Notes: generated by a model from the letters alone, not told the origin. A stretch of DNA of 64,000 bases from an uncultured Arcobacter sp. (GCA_965140705.1 OZ223301.1:128001-192000); one strand, 5' to 3'; shown: positions 27,998 to 38,959, counted from the first letter of the stretch. Numbers and translations are program-made.

Positions 27998-29636
27998 TTT
28001 AAATAATAATCAGGGTATGCAAAAGCGAATGTTAATCATGACATTAATTGTTTTTGTATTTTTTGTTGCTTACGAATATTTGGTTTTAAAGCCTCAAAAA
28101 GAGGCACAAGCTGCTAAAATAGCACAAGAAAAAATGGTAAAAGCAAATAATGCTCCACAAGTGGCAAAAGATAGTTCAAATCCTACATCTGCCCCAGTTT
28201 CAAATATGTCAACTCCATCAAATGTTGCTGATGCTATTTCATCAAAAACAATTGCACCAAGTGATATTGTTTCAACTATTAATACTAATAGAAATATAAT
28301 TCAAATTGATAAATTAGGTAGAATTGCACAAGTTACTCTTTTAGGGAGACAATATATAAATGAAGATAATTCTCATATTAAACTTTTTGAACCAAATCAA
28401 TTAAGACCTTTAGAGGTTAGATTTGCAGATAAAAATATTAATAATGAGGCCTTTAATGTAGAAGTAACTGTTAGTTCACCAGTTGTTGATGCTACAAAAC
28501 AAACACAAAAACTTATCATTACTCAAACATTAAAAGAGACAGTCTTAACTAAAACTTTAACTATTTATACTGATGGTCACTATGATTTAGATGTAAAAGC
28601 TACTAATAATAAACAATTTTTTATAACACCAGGTTATAGACCAAATGTATTAGCTGATATGTATGCTGATCATGGTGCAATTGTAAAATTAGCTGATAAC
28701 ACATTAGATGTAACAGTTGATGGAAAAAGTAAAGAGACTCAAACTTATAAAGCTGTTAAATTTTTAGCTTTCTTTGATAGATACTATACTACTGTTGCTT
28801 ATAACTTTAAGAAAAATTTTCAAGTATCAATTATGCCAGATAAAAATAAGGATCCTCAAGGTTTTATTCACTCTGAAAATTCTTTTATTGATTTTAGTGG
28901 ATATATGGGACCAAAAGAGCACAAAACTCTTAAAGCTTTAAATCCTCAATTAACAGGTGTTATTGAATATGGTTGGTTTACATTTATTGCAAATCCTATG
29001 TTCTTATTTTTACAATTCCTTCAAAGTTATATAGGTAACTGGGGTTGGACAATTGTATTTGCTACAATTATAATCAAACTTATTCTTTTCCCTTTATCAT
29101 ACAAAGGTATGATGTCTATGCAAAAGTTAAAAGATTTAGCTCCAAAAATTAAAGAACTTCAAGAAAAATATAAAGGTGATAAGCAAAAGCAATCAGCTCA
29201 TATGATGGAGTTATATAAGAAACATGGTGCAAATCCAATGGGTGGTTGTTTACCTTTGCTTATGCAAATTCCAGTATTCTTTGCCCTTTATAGAGTTATT
29301 TTAAATGCTATTGAATTAAAAGGTTCTCCATGGATTCTTTGGATTCACGATTTAGCTTTAATGGATCCATATTACGTATTACCAATTTTAATGGGTATTT
29401 CAATGTTCTTACAACAAAGAATTACACCAAATACAATGCAAGATGAAACACAAAAGAAAATTTTCCAATTTTTACCAGTAGTATTTACATTCTTCTTCTT
29501 ATGGTTCCCAGCAGGGTTAACACTTTATTGGTTTATAAATAACTTATTTACAATTAGTCAACAATTATTCATTAATAAAATGTTTGAGAAAAAAAAGTTA
29601 GTTGAAATAGAAGAGAAAAAAGCATCTAAAAAATAG
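27990..29636 (+). CDS. yidC: Membrane protein insertase
   Basis: GNWGW.I, LYKKHGANPMGGCLP, DPYYVLP, FPAGLTLYW..NN. Confidence 0.97.
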   Translation: MNNLNNNQGMQKRMLIMTLIVFVFFVAYEYLVLKPQKEAQAAKIAQEKMVKANNAPQVAKDSSNPTSAPVSNMSTPSNVADAISSKTIAPSDIVSTINTNRNIIQIDKLGRIAQVTLLGRQYINEDNSHIKLFEPNQLRPLEVRFADKNINNEAFNVEVTVSSPVVDATKQTQKLIITQTLKETVLTKTLTIYTDGHYDLDVKATNNKQFFITPGYRPNVLADMYADHGAIVKLADNTLDVTVDGKSKETQTYKAVKFLAFFDRYYTTVAYNFKKNFQVSIMPDKNKDPQGFIHSENSFIDFSGYMGPKEHKTLKALNPQLTGVIEYGWFTFIANPMFLFLQFLQSYIGNWGWTIVFATIIIKLILFPLSYKGMMSMQKLKDLAPKIKELQEKYKGDKQKQSAHMMELYKKHGANPMGGCLPLLMQIPVFFALYRVILNAIELKGSPWILWIHDLALMDPYYVLPILMGISMFLQQRITPNTMQDETQKKIFQFLPVVFTFFFLWFPAGLTLYWFINNLFTISQQLFINKMFEKKKLVEIEEKKASKK

Positions 29637-29645
29637 GAAATAAAT

Positions 29646-30506
29646 ATGAAAAAATTTGAAGCAAATACATTAGAAGAAGTATATGAAATAGCATCAAATG
29701 AATTTAATTGTTCCATAATAGATTTAGAAATAGTAATAACCCAACAGCCAAGTAAAGGTTTCCTTGGCATTGGGAAAAAGACTGCAATTATAACAGCTCA
29801 GTTAAAGAGAAGACAAAAAAAAGACAATAGAAAATATAAAGAAACAAAATATAGAAAAAATAATATAAATATTGAAGATGTTTCAGATAAGATTGCTAGC
29901 AGTAATATAGAAGAAATAAAAACACCTAAAAAAACAACTTCTAAAGTTCCTAATGTAGAAGGAAAAGAACAAATATTTAATAACTTTTATACAGAAGTTA
30001 ATCAAAAAGATGAAATATCTAAAATAATTATAAAAAAAGATAAAGAAGAAATTATCTCAGAAGTAAAAAAAGATGTTAATACTCTATTTCAAAATACTTG
30101 TTATGAAATAGATGAAATTGAAGTTGATTATTATGATGATGAGACTTTATATATTGAGTTTAATGGAAAAGATTCAGCTTTATTAATAGGAAAAGAGGGT
30201 TATAGATATAAAGCTCTTTCATATATTTTATTTAATTGGATAAATGAAAAATATGGGTTAATGTTAAGGCTTGAAGTTGCAGAGTTTTTGAAAAATCAAG
30301 AAGAAGCAATTTATAATTATCTAGCTCCTGTTATTGAAACTATAAAAGAAACTGGTACATATAAAACTAAACCATTAGATGGTATTTTAGTACATATTGC
30401 TCTTAAAAGATTAAGAGAAGAATTCCCTAATAAGTATGTTGCTGTTAAAACAAATGTAAGAGGCGACAAATATGTATTAGTAAATGAGTATAGAAGTAAT
30501 CAGTAA
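29646..30506 (+). CDS. jag: Jag/EloR-family RNA-binding protein
   Basis: Jag_N motif SKGFLGIGKK; KH-like LLIGKEG; lies between yidC and mnmE. Confidence 0.85.
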   Translation: MKKFEANTLEEVYEIASNEFNCSIIDLEIVITQQPSKGFLGIGKKTAIITAQLKRRQKKDNRKYKETKYRKNNINIEDVSDKIASSNIEEIKTPKKTTSKVPNVEGKEQIFNNFYTEVNQKDEISKIIIKKDKEEIISEVKKDVNTLFQNTCYEIDEIEVDYYDDETLYIEFNGKDSALLIGKEGYRYKALSYILFNWINEKYGLMLRLEVAEFLKNQEEAIYNYLAPVIETIKETGTYKTKPLDGILVHIALKRLREEFPNKYVAVKTNVRGDKYVLVNEYRSNQ

Positions 30507-30509
30507 ATA

Positions 30510-31853
30510 ATGGATTCATTTGATACAATTGCAGCAATTGCAACAGCCAATGGAATTGGCTCAATCTCAATTATAAGATTAAGTGGTAAAGATGCTTTAC
30601 CACTTGCCTTAACTCTTTCAAAAAGAACTAATTTAAACCCACGATTAGCAACTTTATCTAGCATATACAATAGCGATGATGAAATCATAGATGAAGCCCT
30701 TTTGATTTATTTTAAAAATCCACACTCTTTTACAGGTGAAGATATTGTTGAGTTTCAATGTCATGGTGGAATAGCTATTTCAAATATAATTTTAAATGAA
30801 CTTATAAAACTAGGTGCAAGATTAGCAAATCCAGGTGAATTTTCAAAAAGAGCTTTTTTAAATAATAAAATTGATCTTTCAAAAGCAGAAGCAATAGCAA
30901 AACTTATAGAAGCAAGAAGTGAAGATGCTGTTAAACTGTTAGCACGTCAATTAAAAGGTGAACTTACAAATTTTGTAAATGATATTAGGGAAGATTTACT
31001 TTTTATGCTTGCCTATACTGAAGTTAGCATTGATTATGCAGAAGAAGATTTACCAAGTGATATTTTTGAACAAATAGAGAAGAAAATAGAAAAAATCGTA
31101 ATAAAACTATCAGATACTCTAGAATCAAGTAAAAGAAGAGAAGGTTTAATTGAAGGTTTCAAAGTAGCAATTATTGGGAAACCAAATGTTGGAAAATCTT
31201 CACTTTTAAATAAACTTTTAAATTTTGATAGGGCAATTATTAGTGATATTGCAGGAACTACAAGAGATACAATCGAAGAGTCTGTTAAAATTGGTACGCA
31301 TATTATCAAAATAGTAGATACAGCAGGTATTAGAGAAGCTAGTGATACTATTGAAAAAATCGGAATAGAGAAGTCTTTAAGTGCTGTAAATGAAGCAGAT
31401 ATTATTATCTCACTATTTGATAATTCTAAAGTTTGTGATAGTGAAGATAAAAAGATTTTAAATATCTTAGATGAAATAGATAATAAAGAAAAAATAGTAG
31501 TGTTAAATAAAATTGATTTAGAATCTAAATTTGATAAAACACAATTAAAAAATGAATATATAGAATTAAGTACAAAAAATAGTATTAGTACTTTAGTACA
31601 AAAAATAGAAACAATTTTAGATAACAATTCCAATGATGATGATATGACTTTGATCTCAAAAAGACAAGTGGAAGCAGTGGAGCAAACTTTATACCATGTA
31701 CAAGAAGCAAAAACTCCATTAATGACTGGTGAATTAGAATTTTTTGCTCACAATATACATGAAGCTATAGAGAATATTTCATTAATAACAAGACCATATG
31801 AGAATGACCAGATGTTGGATGTGATGTTTGGAGCTTTCTGCCTCGGAAAATAA
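30510..31853 (+). CDS. mnmE: tRNA modification GTPase MnmE
   Basis: DTIAAIAT, SFTGED, GKPNVGKSS, GTTRD, DTAG, FCLGK. Confidence 0.97.
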   Translation: MDSFDTIAAIATANGIGSISIIRLSGKDALPLALTLSKRTNLNPRLATLSSIYNSDDEIIDEALLIYFKNPHSFTGEDIVEFQCHGGIAISNIILNELIKLGARLANPGEFSKRAFLNNKIDLSKAEAIAKLIEARSEDAVKLLARQLKGELTNFVNDIREDLLFMLAYTEVSIDYAEEDLPSDIFEQIEKKIEKIVIKLSDTLESSKRREGLIEGFKVAIIGKPNVGKSSLLNKLLNFDRAIISDIAGTTRDTIEESVKIGTHIIKIVDTAGIREASDTIEKIGIEKSLSAVNEADIIISLFDNSKVCDSEDKKILNILDEIDNKEKIVVLNKIDLESKFDKTQLKNEYIELSTKNSISTLVQKIETILDNNSNDDDMTLISKRQVEAVEQTLYHVQEAKTPLMTGELEFFAHNIHEAIENISLITRPYENDQMLDVMFGAFCLGK

Positions 31854-31997
31854 AAATAGCCATAATAATACATCTTTTTGCACATTTCTACGTTGATATT
31901 TTTATTTAATAAACTCACTTACTTTAGTAAGCTCCTTTCTCAAATAAAAATATCGCCTTGAACTGCACTAAAAATATGTACCATTATGGCTATTTTT
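31852..31997. repeat. ~146-bp nested palindromic element, copy 2
   Basis: Outer IR aaaaatagccataat/attatggctattttt; inner IR gatatttttattt/aaataaaaatatc; core tcacttactttagtaagctcct. Confidence 0.85.
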
Positions 31998-32022
31998 GTG
32001 TAAAAGAATTGATAGGAATTAA

Positions 32023-33261
32023 ATGAAAACTTATGATTTGATAGTAATAGGTTCTGGTGCTGCTGGGATGATTGCTGGTATAAAAGCTGCTAGAGCTGGT
32101 AAGAGCGTTTTATTACTTGAACAACAAGAAAAACTAGGTCCTAAACTAAAAGCTACGGGTGGTGGGCGTTGTAATCTTACAAATACTCTTGATAATATTG
32201 ATTTTATGAACTCTTTTGGTCGTAATGGTCGTTTTATGATGGAGGCTATTAAATCTTTTGATTATAAAGATTTGATGAATTTTTTTAAGGAAATAGGTGT
32301 TGAGACTCATATCCCTGATGGGTTTAGGGTTTTCCCTATTACTCATAGTTCTTCAACTATTATAAAAGCTTTAGAAGATGAACTCATTCGTGTGGGTGTG
32401 GAAGTTAGATGTAATACAAAGGCTGAGACTTTATTATATGAAGATGAAGCTATTGTTGGTGTTGAAACTTTAGATGAAAAGTTCTTAAGCCCTAATGTTG
32501 TTGTGGCAACTGGTGGATTGGGTTATCCAATGCTTGGAGCCAATGGTGATGGTTTTACTTTTGCAAAAAAGTTAGGTCACAAGGTTACTGATTTATATCC
32601 AGCAATGTTGCCACTTATTTCAAAAGAGAAATGGGTAGCCTCTTGTAAGGCTGATACTATTGCAAAAGCTGAATTACGAATAGATTTACCAAAGGCAAAA
32701 AAATTAAAAGCTGTAGGTGATTTGATTTTTACCTCTAAAGGAATTAGGGGGCCAGTTGTTTTAGATTTTTCAAGGGAGATTACTCCTTATTTGGAAAAAT
32801 ATGGAGAAGTTCCCATTTTAATAAATATGATTAGAGGGAAAAATGAAGAAGAGGTTAGGGCACATATAAATAGTGAGATTAAGAGTAGTCCTGATTCAAC
32901 TATTTTAGAAAATATCTCTTCACTAGTTCCCCAATCTGTTGCAAATGAACTTTGTATTTTATGTGATGTAAATACAAGTAAAAAGTTTAAAGATATAAAT
33001 GGACAAAATAGAGATAAACTTATAAAGTATCTTGTCTCAACGCCTTTGACTATTACAGATCATGTGGGATTTAAACAGGCCATGATAACACGAGGTGGAG
33101 TAAGTTTAAAAGAAATAAATCCAAAAACTATGCAAAGTAAGATTATAAAAGGTCTTTATTTTTGTGGTGAAGTTGTAGATTTAGATGGACCTTGTGGAGG
33201 TTACAACCTCCAATGGTCTTTTTCAAGCGGGAACTTAGCAGGTCAACTTTTAGAGTTCTGA
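32023..33261 (+). CDS. HI0933/BaiN/YhiN-family flavoprotein
   Basis: G.GAAG, GGGRCNLTN, ATGG..YP..G..GDG, T.GGV, GE..D.DG..GGYNLQ. Confidence 0.92.
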   Translation: MKTYDLIVIGSGAAGMIAGIKAARAGKSVLLLEQQEKLGPKLKATGGGRCNLTNTLDNIDFMNSFGRNGRFMMEAIKSFDYKDLMNFFKEIGVETHIPDGFRVFPITHSSSTIIKALEDELIRVGVEVRCNTKAETLLYEDEAIVGVETLDEKFLSPNVVVATGGLGYPMLGANGDGFTFAKKLGHKVTDLYPAMLPLISKEKWVASCKADTIAKAELRIDLPKAKKLKAVGDLIFTSKGIRGPVVLDFSREITPYLEKYGEVPILINMIRGKNEEEVRAHINSEIKSSPDSTILENISSLVPQSVANELCILCDVNTSKKFKDINGQNRDKLIKYLVSTPLTITDHVGFKQAMITRGGVSLKEINPKTMQSKIIKGLYFCGEVVDLDGPCGGYNLQWSFSSGNLAGQLLEF

Positions 33262-33741
33262 TTTACTAGGTTTTTTTATCCAGATAAATTTTGCATTTTC
33301 TTTAGAAATATCTAACCAAGAGTTTGTATCAAATTCTACTTTTAAGATTTCTGCTGGTTTGATTTTTTCTTTATATATACCTAAGGTTATACCAAGTGCC
33401 GTAATAGCTGGATTATGACCAACTAATAACAAATTATCAACTGTGTCATAAGTATATGATAGTATTTCTATTAACTCATTTACAAAGGCATTATAAATAA
33501 TACCATTATACATTATAGCCTTGTCATATTTTAAAATTTCAGAAACTATTTCAGCTGTTTGTTTTGTTCTCTCTGAAGGACTAGATAATATTAAGTCTAA
33601 TTTTACATCTAATTGATTTAGTTTTTCTCCAATTATTTTTGCTTCATCTATACCTTCTTTAGATAATTTAATATCATAATCATCCTCATTTTCTAAAGAT
33701 ATATCTTTATGTGCATGTCTCATTATATAAAGTGTTTTCAT
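33250..33741 (-). CDS. sixA: SixA-like histidine phosphatase
   Basis: MRHA, SSP..R..QTA, LVGHNP. Confidence 0.85.
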   Translation of the reverse strand: MKTLYIMRHAHKDISLENEDDYDIKLSKEGIDEAKIIGEKLNQLDVKLDLILSSPSERTKQTAEIVSEILKYDKAIMYNGIIYNAFVNELIEILSYTYDTVDNLLLVGHNPAITALGITLGIYKEKIKPAEILKVEFDTNSWLDISKENAKFIWIKKPSKSEL

Positions 33742-33879
33742 TTTAATCCAATTATAAATTTGTAAATTATTTTAAGTAAATTTACCTAGAAAGAAAATAA
33801 AATGAGTAATTTATTTTTTAAATTTTTTATTTGAAAAATTGTTATAGAATACGCTTAATAATTTATCAAGGAGAAAAAT

Positions 33880-34734
33880 ATGGAACAAGTAAAGACAATC
33901 TTTTTTCTGACACTACTAACTGTATTATTTGTTTTTATTGGTTTTTCATTTGGAGGAGCAAATGGTGCTTTATTTGCATTTTTAATAGCTGCTGGAATGA
34001 ATTTTTATGCATACTATTACTCTGATAAACAAGTGCTAAATCACTATAATGCAGTTTTGATTGAAGATAGAAGAAATCATATTTATAAAATAGTTGAAAA
34101 TCTTGCATATAAAGCAAATCTTCCTATGCCAAAAGTGTATTTAATAGCTGATAATGTTCCAAATGCTTTTGCAACGGGTAGAAACTATGAAAACTCAGCA
34201 GTTGCTGTTACACAAGGTTTAGTTGATTTGTTAAATGATGAAGAGATAGAGGGAGTTATTGCCCATGAATTATCTCATATAAGGCATTATGATATATTAA
34301 TAGGTACTATTGCTGCAGTATTTGCAGGGGCTATTGCTATGATTGCAAATTTTATGCAGTTTTCATCTATCTTTGGTGGAAATAACAATAGACAAGGTGT
34401 TCATCCCATTGTTATGCTTTTAATGGCTATTGTTTTACCAATAGCAGCATCTATTATACAAATGACAGTAAGTAGAAGTAGGGAGTTTTTAGCAGATGAA
34501 GGCTCAGCAAGACTTACAAATAATCCAGCAGGTCTACAAAGTGCTTTATCAAAACTTGAAGGGTATGCAAAAAGGGGTCAGATGCGAGATGCCACGGAAG
34601 AGACAGCTCACATGTTTATAGTAAATCCATTTTCTGGAAGAGATATAAAACTTGGTAATCTATTTAGAACACACCCTACAACAGAAGATAGGATTGCAAG
34701 ATTGGAAGAGTTAAAATTTGAATTAAAAAAATAA
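33880..34734 (+). CDS. htpX: Zinc metalloprotease HtpX
   Basis: [30 protein letters not shown]. Confidence 0.95.
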   Translation: MEQVKTIFFLTLLTVLFVFIGFSFGGANGALFAFLIAAGMNFYAYYYSDKQVLNHYNAVLIEDRRNHIYKIVENLAYKANLPMPKVYLIADNVPNAFATGRNYENSAVAVTQGLVDLLNDEEIEGVIAHELSHIRHYDILIGTIAAVFAGAIAMIANFMQFSSIFGGNNNRQGVHPIVMLLMAIVLPIAASIIQMTVSRSREFLADEGSARLTNNPAGLQSALSKLEGYAKRGQMRDATEETAHMFIVNPFSGRDIKLGNLFRTHPTTEDRIARLEELKFELKK

Positions 34735-34736
34735 TT

Positions 34737-35327
34737 CTATTGAAAAATTCCTATCATAGAATCTATATCAACACAATCTTGTAAAATAGGATAAACACCT
34801 TTTGCTATAAGTGAAATTTTTAAATCATAATCAATATCTTTGATTAAAAAGTAGTTTACTCCATAATCATGTAAAAGATCAGGGAGTAAATTACATGCTA
34901 TTTCATCTTCATTATTATATACTGGATTTATTATACAACTTTGAGATTTCAGTTTATAATCTTTTATAAAATATATCCAAATGTATTGTGCATTTTCATC
35001 TGCATAGTCTATTTCAGTATTTGAATTAGAACAAACAGCTAAATGGAACTCATTATTTATCTCATGAACTTTAATATTACTTCCAGTTACTAGTGCTAGT
35101 GAGATTTTTTTTCTGGCACTTTTTACAATTCTTGCAAAGGTTGCTCTAGATACATTCATCTTTTTAGCAGCATCTTCTTGATACATACAAAATGAATCCA
35201 TTAAGTGTATAGCTTCTAATTCTTCATGTAATAATACGATATCTTCTTTTGCTTCAATATCTTTTGGACCAAAGTATTTACATACTGGTACAAGTTCTAA
35301 TTTCCGTTTTAATTTGTCTCTTGCCAT
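34737..35327 (-). CDS. DUF134 HTH protein fused to a NifB/NifX-like domain
   Basis: EELEAIHL.D...Q..AA..M.VSR.TF.RI..SARKKI..AL..G; C-terminal NP motif. Confidence 0.8.
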   Translation of the reverse strand: MARDKLKRKLELVPVCKYFGPKDIEAKEDIVLLHEELEAIHLMDSFCMYQEDAAKKMNVSRATFARIVKSARKKISLALVTGSNIKVHEINNEFHLAVCSNSNTEIDYADENAQYIWIYFIKDYKLKSQSCIINPVYNNEDEIACNLLPDLLHDYGVNYFLIKDIDYDLKISLIAKGVYPILQDCVDIDSMIGIFQ

Positions 35328-35366
35328 TGATTACCTTAATTTATTTAACATTCTACCATAATATAC

Positions 35367-35412
35367 TTGACATATGTTCAAAATGCTGTTATAATTCTTG
35401 TCATATGTTCAT
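35367..35412 (+). promoter_or_regulatory. Consensus sigma70 promoter with two CATATG-centred operator-like boxes
   Basis: TTGACA (35367), 17 bp, TATAAT (35390) with TGn extension; boxes ttgacatatgttcaa (35367-35381) and ttgtcatatgttcat (35398-35412). Confidence 0.75.
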
Positions 35413-35625
35413 TAACGTTAGAAAGTAAAATTTATCTAAATATTTTTACAGTATTTAAAATCTTTTACTCCTTTGTTATCTATTTGAAATCTAACTTAAA
35501 ACATACATTATTATTCTTATTCTCTTCCCCCCCCCTTCGAGGAATAAGTCTAATAAGCGCCCCTTCATTTTGTAAAAACCATTTTAATAAATATCATAAT
35601 TTTTTTCGGTTTTTACAAAATTTTT
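35402..35625 (+). ncRNA. Candidate small RNA with C/U-rich motifs
   Basis: Downstream of the consensus promoter with no credible ORF; hairpin 35508-35556 with C9 loop; 13-bp IR 35568-35620 followed by a T run. Confidence 0.4.
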
Positions 35626-35651
35626 CAAATTAAAATCAATAAAAATAAATC

Positions 35652-35678
35652 AAAAAAAAAGCTGGAATAAACCAGCTT
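35652..35678 (-). terminator. Intrinsic terminator after aroC
   Basis: Minus strand aagctgg-tttatt-ccagc then T9. Confidence 0.8.
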
Positions 35679-35743
35679 CGATCTTTCAACTTAACCAAAG
35701 TAAAGATCACATAAATATTACATAATCTTTCCTTTGATATCTT

Positions 35744-36817
35744 TTAACTATATACTTTTTTTATGTTATTTATAGAACTACTCATGTTTAAAAGTAACAT
35801 ATCTGCGATAACAATTGACATCATAGATTCAGCAACAATTGAACCTCTAACAGCAACACAAGGATCATGTCTTCCTTTTAACTCACATGATACTTCATTA
35901 TTATGAATATCAATACTATCTTGTTTGATAAAAACAGATGGAGTTGCTTTGAAGTATACTTTTACATTGATATCATCACCATTTGATATACCACCTAAGA
36001 TTCCACCTGAGTGATTTGTTTTAAATCCATTTTTGTCTATTTGGTCATTGTTATCATAACCTTTTACTTTACTAGCTTCTATCCCATCACCAATTTCCAC
36101 AGCTTTAACTGCATTGATTCCCATCATAGCAGCTGCAATTTGAGCATCTAATCTATAATATAGTGGTTCACCTAAACCAATTGGAGCATTTTTTACATTT
36201 ACAAGTGCTACTCCACCCACACTATTATGTGAATTCTTAGCAGCCAAAATTGCCTCTTTTTGAAACTCTTCTTTATTTTTATCAAGTGAATATATTGCAG
36301 ATGTTTTTGCATAATCAAAATCAAAATTAGAACCCTCAATACCATCAATTGCATATATTCCACTTCTTATTTCAATACCAACTTCTGCGATAAGAAGTTT
36401 AGCAACAGCTCCTGCTGCTACTCTTGCAGCTGTTTCCCTTGCACTACTTCTTCCACCACCTCTATAATCTCTAAATCCATATTTATGAAAATATGTAAAG
36501 TCTGCATGTCCTGGTCTAAAAATATCTTTTATATTTGTATAATCTTTACTTTTTTGATTTTCATTAAATATAACCATAGCAATAGGTGTTCCTGTTGACA
36601 TACCTTCAAATACACCTGATAGTATTTCTACTTTGTCACCTTCTTTTCTTGCTGTTGCAAATTCATTTTTACCAGGTTTTCTTCTATCCATTTCTGATTG
36701 TATAAATTTTTCATCAATTTTTATTCCAGCTGGAACTCCGTCAACAATACATCCTAATGCATTTCCATGACTTTCTCCAAATGTTGAAAATTTAAACTTC
36801 TGCCCAAAACTATTCAT
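35744..36817 (-). CDS. aroC: Chorismate synthase
   Basis: TFGESHG, RPGHAD, RGGGRSSARETA, GRHDPC. Confidence 0.97.
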   Translation of the reverse strand: MNSFGQKFKFSTFGESHGNALGCIVDGVPAGIKIDEKFIQSEMDRRKPGKNEFATARKEGDKVEILSGVFEGMSTGTPIAMVIFNENQKSKDYTNIKDIFRPGHADFTYFHKYGFRDYRGGGRSSARETAARVAAGAVAKLLIAEVGIEIRSGIYAIDGIEGSNFDFDYAKTSAIYSLDKNKEEFQKEAILAAKNSHNSVGGVALVNVKNAPIGLGEPLYYRLDAQIAAAMMGINAVKAVEIGDGIEASKVKGYDNNDQIDKNGFKTNHSGGILGGISNGDDINVKVYFKATPSVFIKQDSIDIHNNEVSCELKGRHDPCVAVRGSIVAESMMSIVIADMLLLNMSSSINNIKKVYS

Positions 36818-36824
36818 TATTTTA

Positions 36825-37496
36825 TTAACCTTTTAATTTATCTAAAGCAATTTTAGCAACAGCTTGTTGTGCTAATTTTTTGCTTTTCCCTACGGCTTGT
36901 CCATAACATTGATTATTTATCCAAATTGATACTTCAAACTCTTTTTTATGATCTGGTCCATAAGAACCTTCAATTTTATACTCTGGAATAGAACCAAATT
37001 CAGCTTGTGTTATCTCTTGGAGAGCTGTTTTATAATCGCTAAATAATACATCTAAATTTATCTTATCATATGATTTTTCCAATAAATTTAGAATTATAGG
37101 TTTAAGAGTTTCTAAACCTGATTCTAAATAAATAGCACCCATTATTGACTCAAAGGCATCAGATAAGATTGAAGCTTTTGTTCTTCCTTTATTTCTCTCT
37201 TCCGCGATTGATAAATAGATATAATCACCAAGTTTTATCTCATTTGCCAACTTAGTAAAACCAGTTTCATTTACCAATGATGCTCTTATTTTAGATAAGT
37301 CACCTTCATTTGATTGGGGAAACTTTTTATATAAATATTCTCCGACAATTAAGTTTAAAACTGCATCACCTAAAAATTCTAGTCGTTCATTATTATATGG
37401 CTTTTTAAAACTTTTATGGGTAAGTGCTTCGACTATCAGATCTTTATTTTTAAACTGATAATCCAGGCACTTTTCTAAATTTGCATAATCACTCAT
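36825..37496 (-). CDS. rnc: Ribonuclease III
   Basis: [12 protein letters not shown]; dsRBD DYKT.LQE. Confidence 0.97.
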   Translation of the reverse strand: MSDYANLEKCLDYQFKNKDLIVEALTHKSFKKPYNNERLEFLGDAVLNLIVGEYLYKKFPQSNEGDLSKIRASLVNETGFTKLANEIKLGDYIYLSIAEERNKGRTKASILSDAFESIMGAIYLESGLETLKPIILNLLEKSYDKINLDVLFSDYKTALQEITQAEFGSIPEYKIEGSYGPDHKKEFEVSIWINNQCYGQAVGKSKKLAQQAVAKIALDKLKG

Positions 37497-37935
37497 TTTT
37501 ATCCTTTATATTTTGTGCAAAATCTTTTGCAAGTATATCACATCTTTCATTTTCTTCATGTCCTGCATGACCTTTTACCCATGAAGCTACAATTTTGTGA
37601 CTTTTTGATACTTCTACATACTCTTTCCATAAATCATCATTTTTTACAGGTTTTTTAGTTGATGATTTCCAATTATTTTTAATCCACGAACTTAACCATT
37701 CATTTATTCCTTTTACTACATAAGTTGAATCAGAGATGATATGTACATCACAAGGCTCTTTTAAAGCCTTTAAGCCTTCAATAACACCTTTTAATTCCAT
37801 TCTATTATTTGTAGTGTTATCTTCTCCACCACTTAACTCTTTTTGTTTCCCATTAAACTCTAAAATTGTCCCATATCCACCAGGACCTGGATTTCCTAAA
37901 GACGAGCCATCACTGTAAAGATTGATTTTTTTCAC
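37489..37935 (-). CDS. rnhA: Ribonuclease HI
   Basis: [36 protein letters not shown]. Confidence 0.97.
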   Translation of the reverse strand: MKKINLYSDGSSLGNPGPGGYGTILEFNGKQKELSGGEDNTTNNRMELKGVIEGLKALKEPCDVHIISDSTYVVKGINEWLSSWIKNNWKSSTKKPVKNDDLWKEYVEVSKSHKIVASWVKGHAGHEENERCDILAKDFAQNIKDKNE

Positions 37936-38959
37936 TTGTTCCCTTGTTGATTAAACTATGTTTTACTTTGAAGGTTAAAGTATTGTGACAATGTGGACAT
38001 CTTGTAGAATATATAGGAAGAGTTTTTTTACATGCTGTACATAAAAAGTCAAAATTTAAATCAGCATTTATATCAGCATTATTTCTTTTAATTAACATCA
38101 AAATTTGAAAACTAAAATCTTCACTACTTTCTAAGTTATTTAGATAACCTTTTGCATTATATAACTCTTTTAAGACTTCATTACTATCAACTTTATCAAA
38201 ATCTATATCATTGAAATCTAAATACCAAAGTAAATCGATAATTTTTGTTAAATCGAATTTATCTATATTTTCCCAAAAAAACTCTTTATTAAACTGTAAT
38301 AAGTACTCTAAAAACATTCTTTCAATGATTTTATTAAATTTAAAAAAGTTATAAAGTTTTTCAGTCTTTTTATCAAATGAGATAATAGGATCATTAAGTG
38401 TGATTAGTGTTTCTATATAAATTCTATCTCTTACTGTATCTACATCTATCTCTTCTAGAGAATTTAAAACATCAATAGCTTTATCATATTCTTTTAATCT
38501 TTCATTGATTAGGAGTAAATATTTAAGTGCTTCATTATTTCTTGGAGAAAATTTTAATATTTTTAAAAATATCTCCCTTGACCTTTGTAAAAAACCACCT
38601 TTAAAGTATGTAGCACCCAAAAGCTCTAAGAGTTCTTCTTTTTTAACTCTATCTTTTACATGCTCTAAAAGTGCCAAATAAACACTTATAGCTTTAGTGT
38701 AATCACCTTTATGCAAAAAAGTAGAGGCTAAAAGTAAAATAGAATCAAAAGGTAAATTATAAGTTTTATATAGGTGTACATAATCCTCTTCTTTTAGTTT
38801 TCCTAATTCAAAACGTTTAAGAAGTTTTCGGTACTCTTTTCTGGCAAGTTTTTCTTTATAAACGCCAAAAGTATAAGTTAAAAAAGAAATTACGAATATA
38901 AGTAATAGAAGTACTAAAATTCCAAAAAGTGGATCTCTATACTCAAATGCTGACTGCAA
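37910..38959 (-). CDS. TPR protein with C-terminal CxxC...CxxC (LapB-like)
   Basis: N-terminal TM, TPR-like helices, CTAC...CPHC. Confidence 0.7.
   Translation of the reverse strand: MQSAFEYRDPLFGILVLLLLIFVISFLTYTFGVYKEKLARKEYRKLLKRFELGKLKEEDYVHLYKTYNLPFDSILLLASTFLHKGDYTKAISVYLALLEHVKDRVKKEELLELLGATYFKGGFLQRSREIFLKILKFSPRNNEALKYLLLINERLKEYDKAIDVLNSLEEIDVDTVRDRIYIETLITLNDPIISFDKKTEKLYNFFKFNKIIERMFLEYLLQFNKEFFWENIDKFDLTKIIDLLWYLDFNDIDFDKVDSNEVLKELYNAKGYLNNLESSEDFSFQILMLIKRNNADINADLNFDFLCTACKKTLPIYSTRCPHCHNTLTFKVKHSLINKGTSEKNQSLQ

Noticed and set aside
35367..35633. 88-aa ORF in the supplied track
   Set aside because: Its TTG is the -35 box, there is no SD, and the composition is uninformative
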